A stretch of DNA of 63,513 bases, the filler included, from Welwitschia mirabilis (lineage: Eukaryota): assembly GCA_051453625.1 (NCBI GenBank). It is 6 parts of one record of this genome, joined end to end, with 100 filler letters (N's around TTAATTAATTAA, not from the genome) between each part and the next. Parts side by side here need not be neighbours in the genome. Positions count along the whole stretch, not along the records: positions 59,264 to 63,513 come from JBOZIK010000001.1; 5 more parts are not named here. One strand, 5' to 3'. A program made the translations under genes and the position numbers. The notes under the pieces were generated by a model, which was not told where the DNA came from, made no database searches, and saw only the letters and a list, made by a program, of their open reading frames with translations. This document shows, one piece after another, positions 62,701-63,513 of this stretch (the stretch's first letter is position 1; every line of letters starts with the position of its first letter).

Positions 62701-63513
62701 TCAGTGAGGTCATCATACAAAGTTGTTTCATATAACATGATTAATCTCTCTTCAATTGGTTGATGTTATAAAAACAAGGTTGGTTTTAATTCATCTTCAA
62801 AGTTAAACTTAGTTATTATGTCTTTTTCAACAGCGTCAAAAACTTTAATGGTAATTTATCTGTTGGCAAAATGATATCTCATCATCTCAAATCATGTGTC
62901 GACGATACAATGGGTAGTTATACAAAAGGCTCTTCCTAAAAGGAGTGGATATCCTCCATCATGTTCTATCTCAATTATGACAACATCTATGGGGTGAAAA
63001 GCTTTCTTAATTTGGATAACTAAGCTTTGATAATTTCTAATGGTTTCTTGATTAAAGAATAGCTAATTCCAAGATGATTGATGTAGGTTCTATTTTGTTT
63101 TCTAACCCAAGTCTCTTACATATGTGGAAAGGCATGATGTTTATACTTACTCTTATGTTAATAAAGATTTTCGAATTCTTTTGTTTCTTTCTAAGGTAAC
63201 ACTCATAGTTTCAGCCCCAGGGTCTTTGAATTTAAGACATTTTTACATAATTAAGTTGGAAAAAGATTAAGCAAGAAAAACTTTGTTAGGAATGATACGT
63301 TTTTGCTTTCTTCTTACTAAATCCTTTCATAACTTAGAATATTTAGGATTTTCTTTTTAAGAGTTTCCAAAAGAAAAAGTTGATGTTTGCCCCTTGCATC
63401 AAAGCTTTCAGGTGTTTATCAAAGGTAGGATTGGTATTCAATCAATCAAGTCAGGGAATGGATGATTTCTTTCCTTTGTTTTCTTGTGAAGTATTTTTAG
63501 TGGAGGCTTTAGT
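59790..63513 (-). mobile_element. Athila-type Ty3/gypsy pol remnant (protease, RT, RNase H, integrase), running off the window end
   Basis: KFKDPG and SINIMP protease region near 63130-63240; YYYFLDGYSGYNQI...KTTFT..FGIFAFRQMSFGLCN; MGDFSIFGDTF; LSWEK; QVRSFLGSASFY; integrase pieces 60850-59850; many stops. Confidence 0.88.

Overview
AT-rich, gap-riddled eukaryotic DNA from a flowering plant, inferred from the transposon families and gene fragments; the species cannot be named. No prokaryotic features, RNA genes or CRISPR arrays were seen. Most of the window is nested, decayed transposons: two large Sirevirus (SIRE/Maximus Ty1/copia) elements (1070-7552 minus, with an extra env-like ORF and an integrase deletion; 54479-59163 plus) plus further Sirevirus LTR and pol pieces, several Tork/Tnt1-like copia remnants, an internally deleted Ogre/Tat-type Ty3/gypsy element, an Athila-type pol, a decayed hAT transposase, a TRIM and CACTA-like subterminal repeats. 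Host-gene material is limited to an inverted pair of MCTP (FTIP/QUIRKY-like) pseudogene fragments, one clean NSE1-like RING exon, and the last exons of a BOR boron transporter. Five identical 100-bp N44-TTAATTAATTAA-N44 linkers show the window is stitched from six pieces whose adjacency is unverified, and several duplications flanking N-gaps are probably assembly overlaps. I found no convincing novel biological system. Family assignments come from by-eye recognition of motifs, not database searches.
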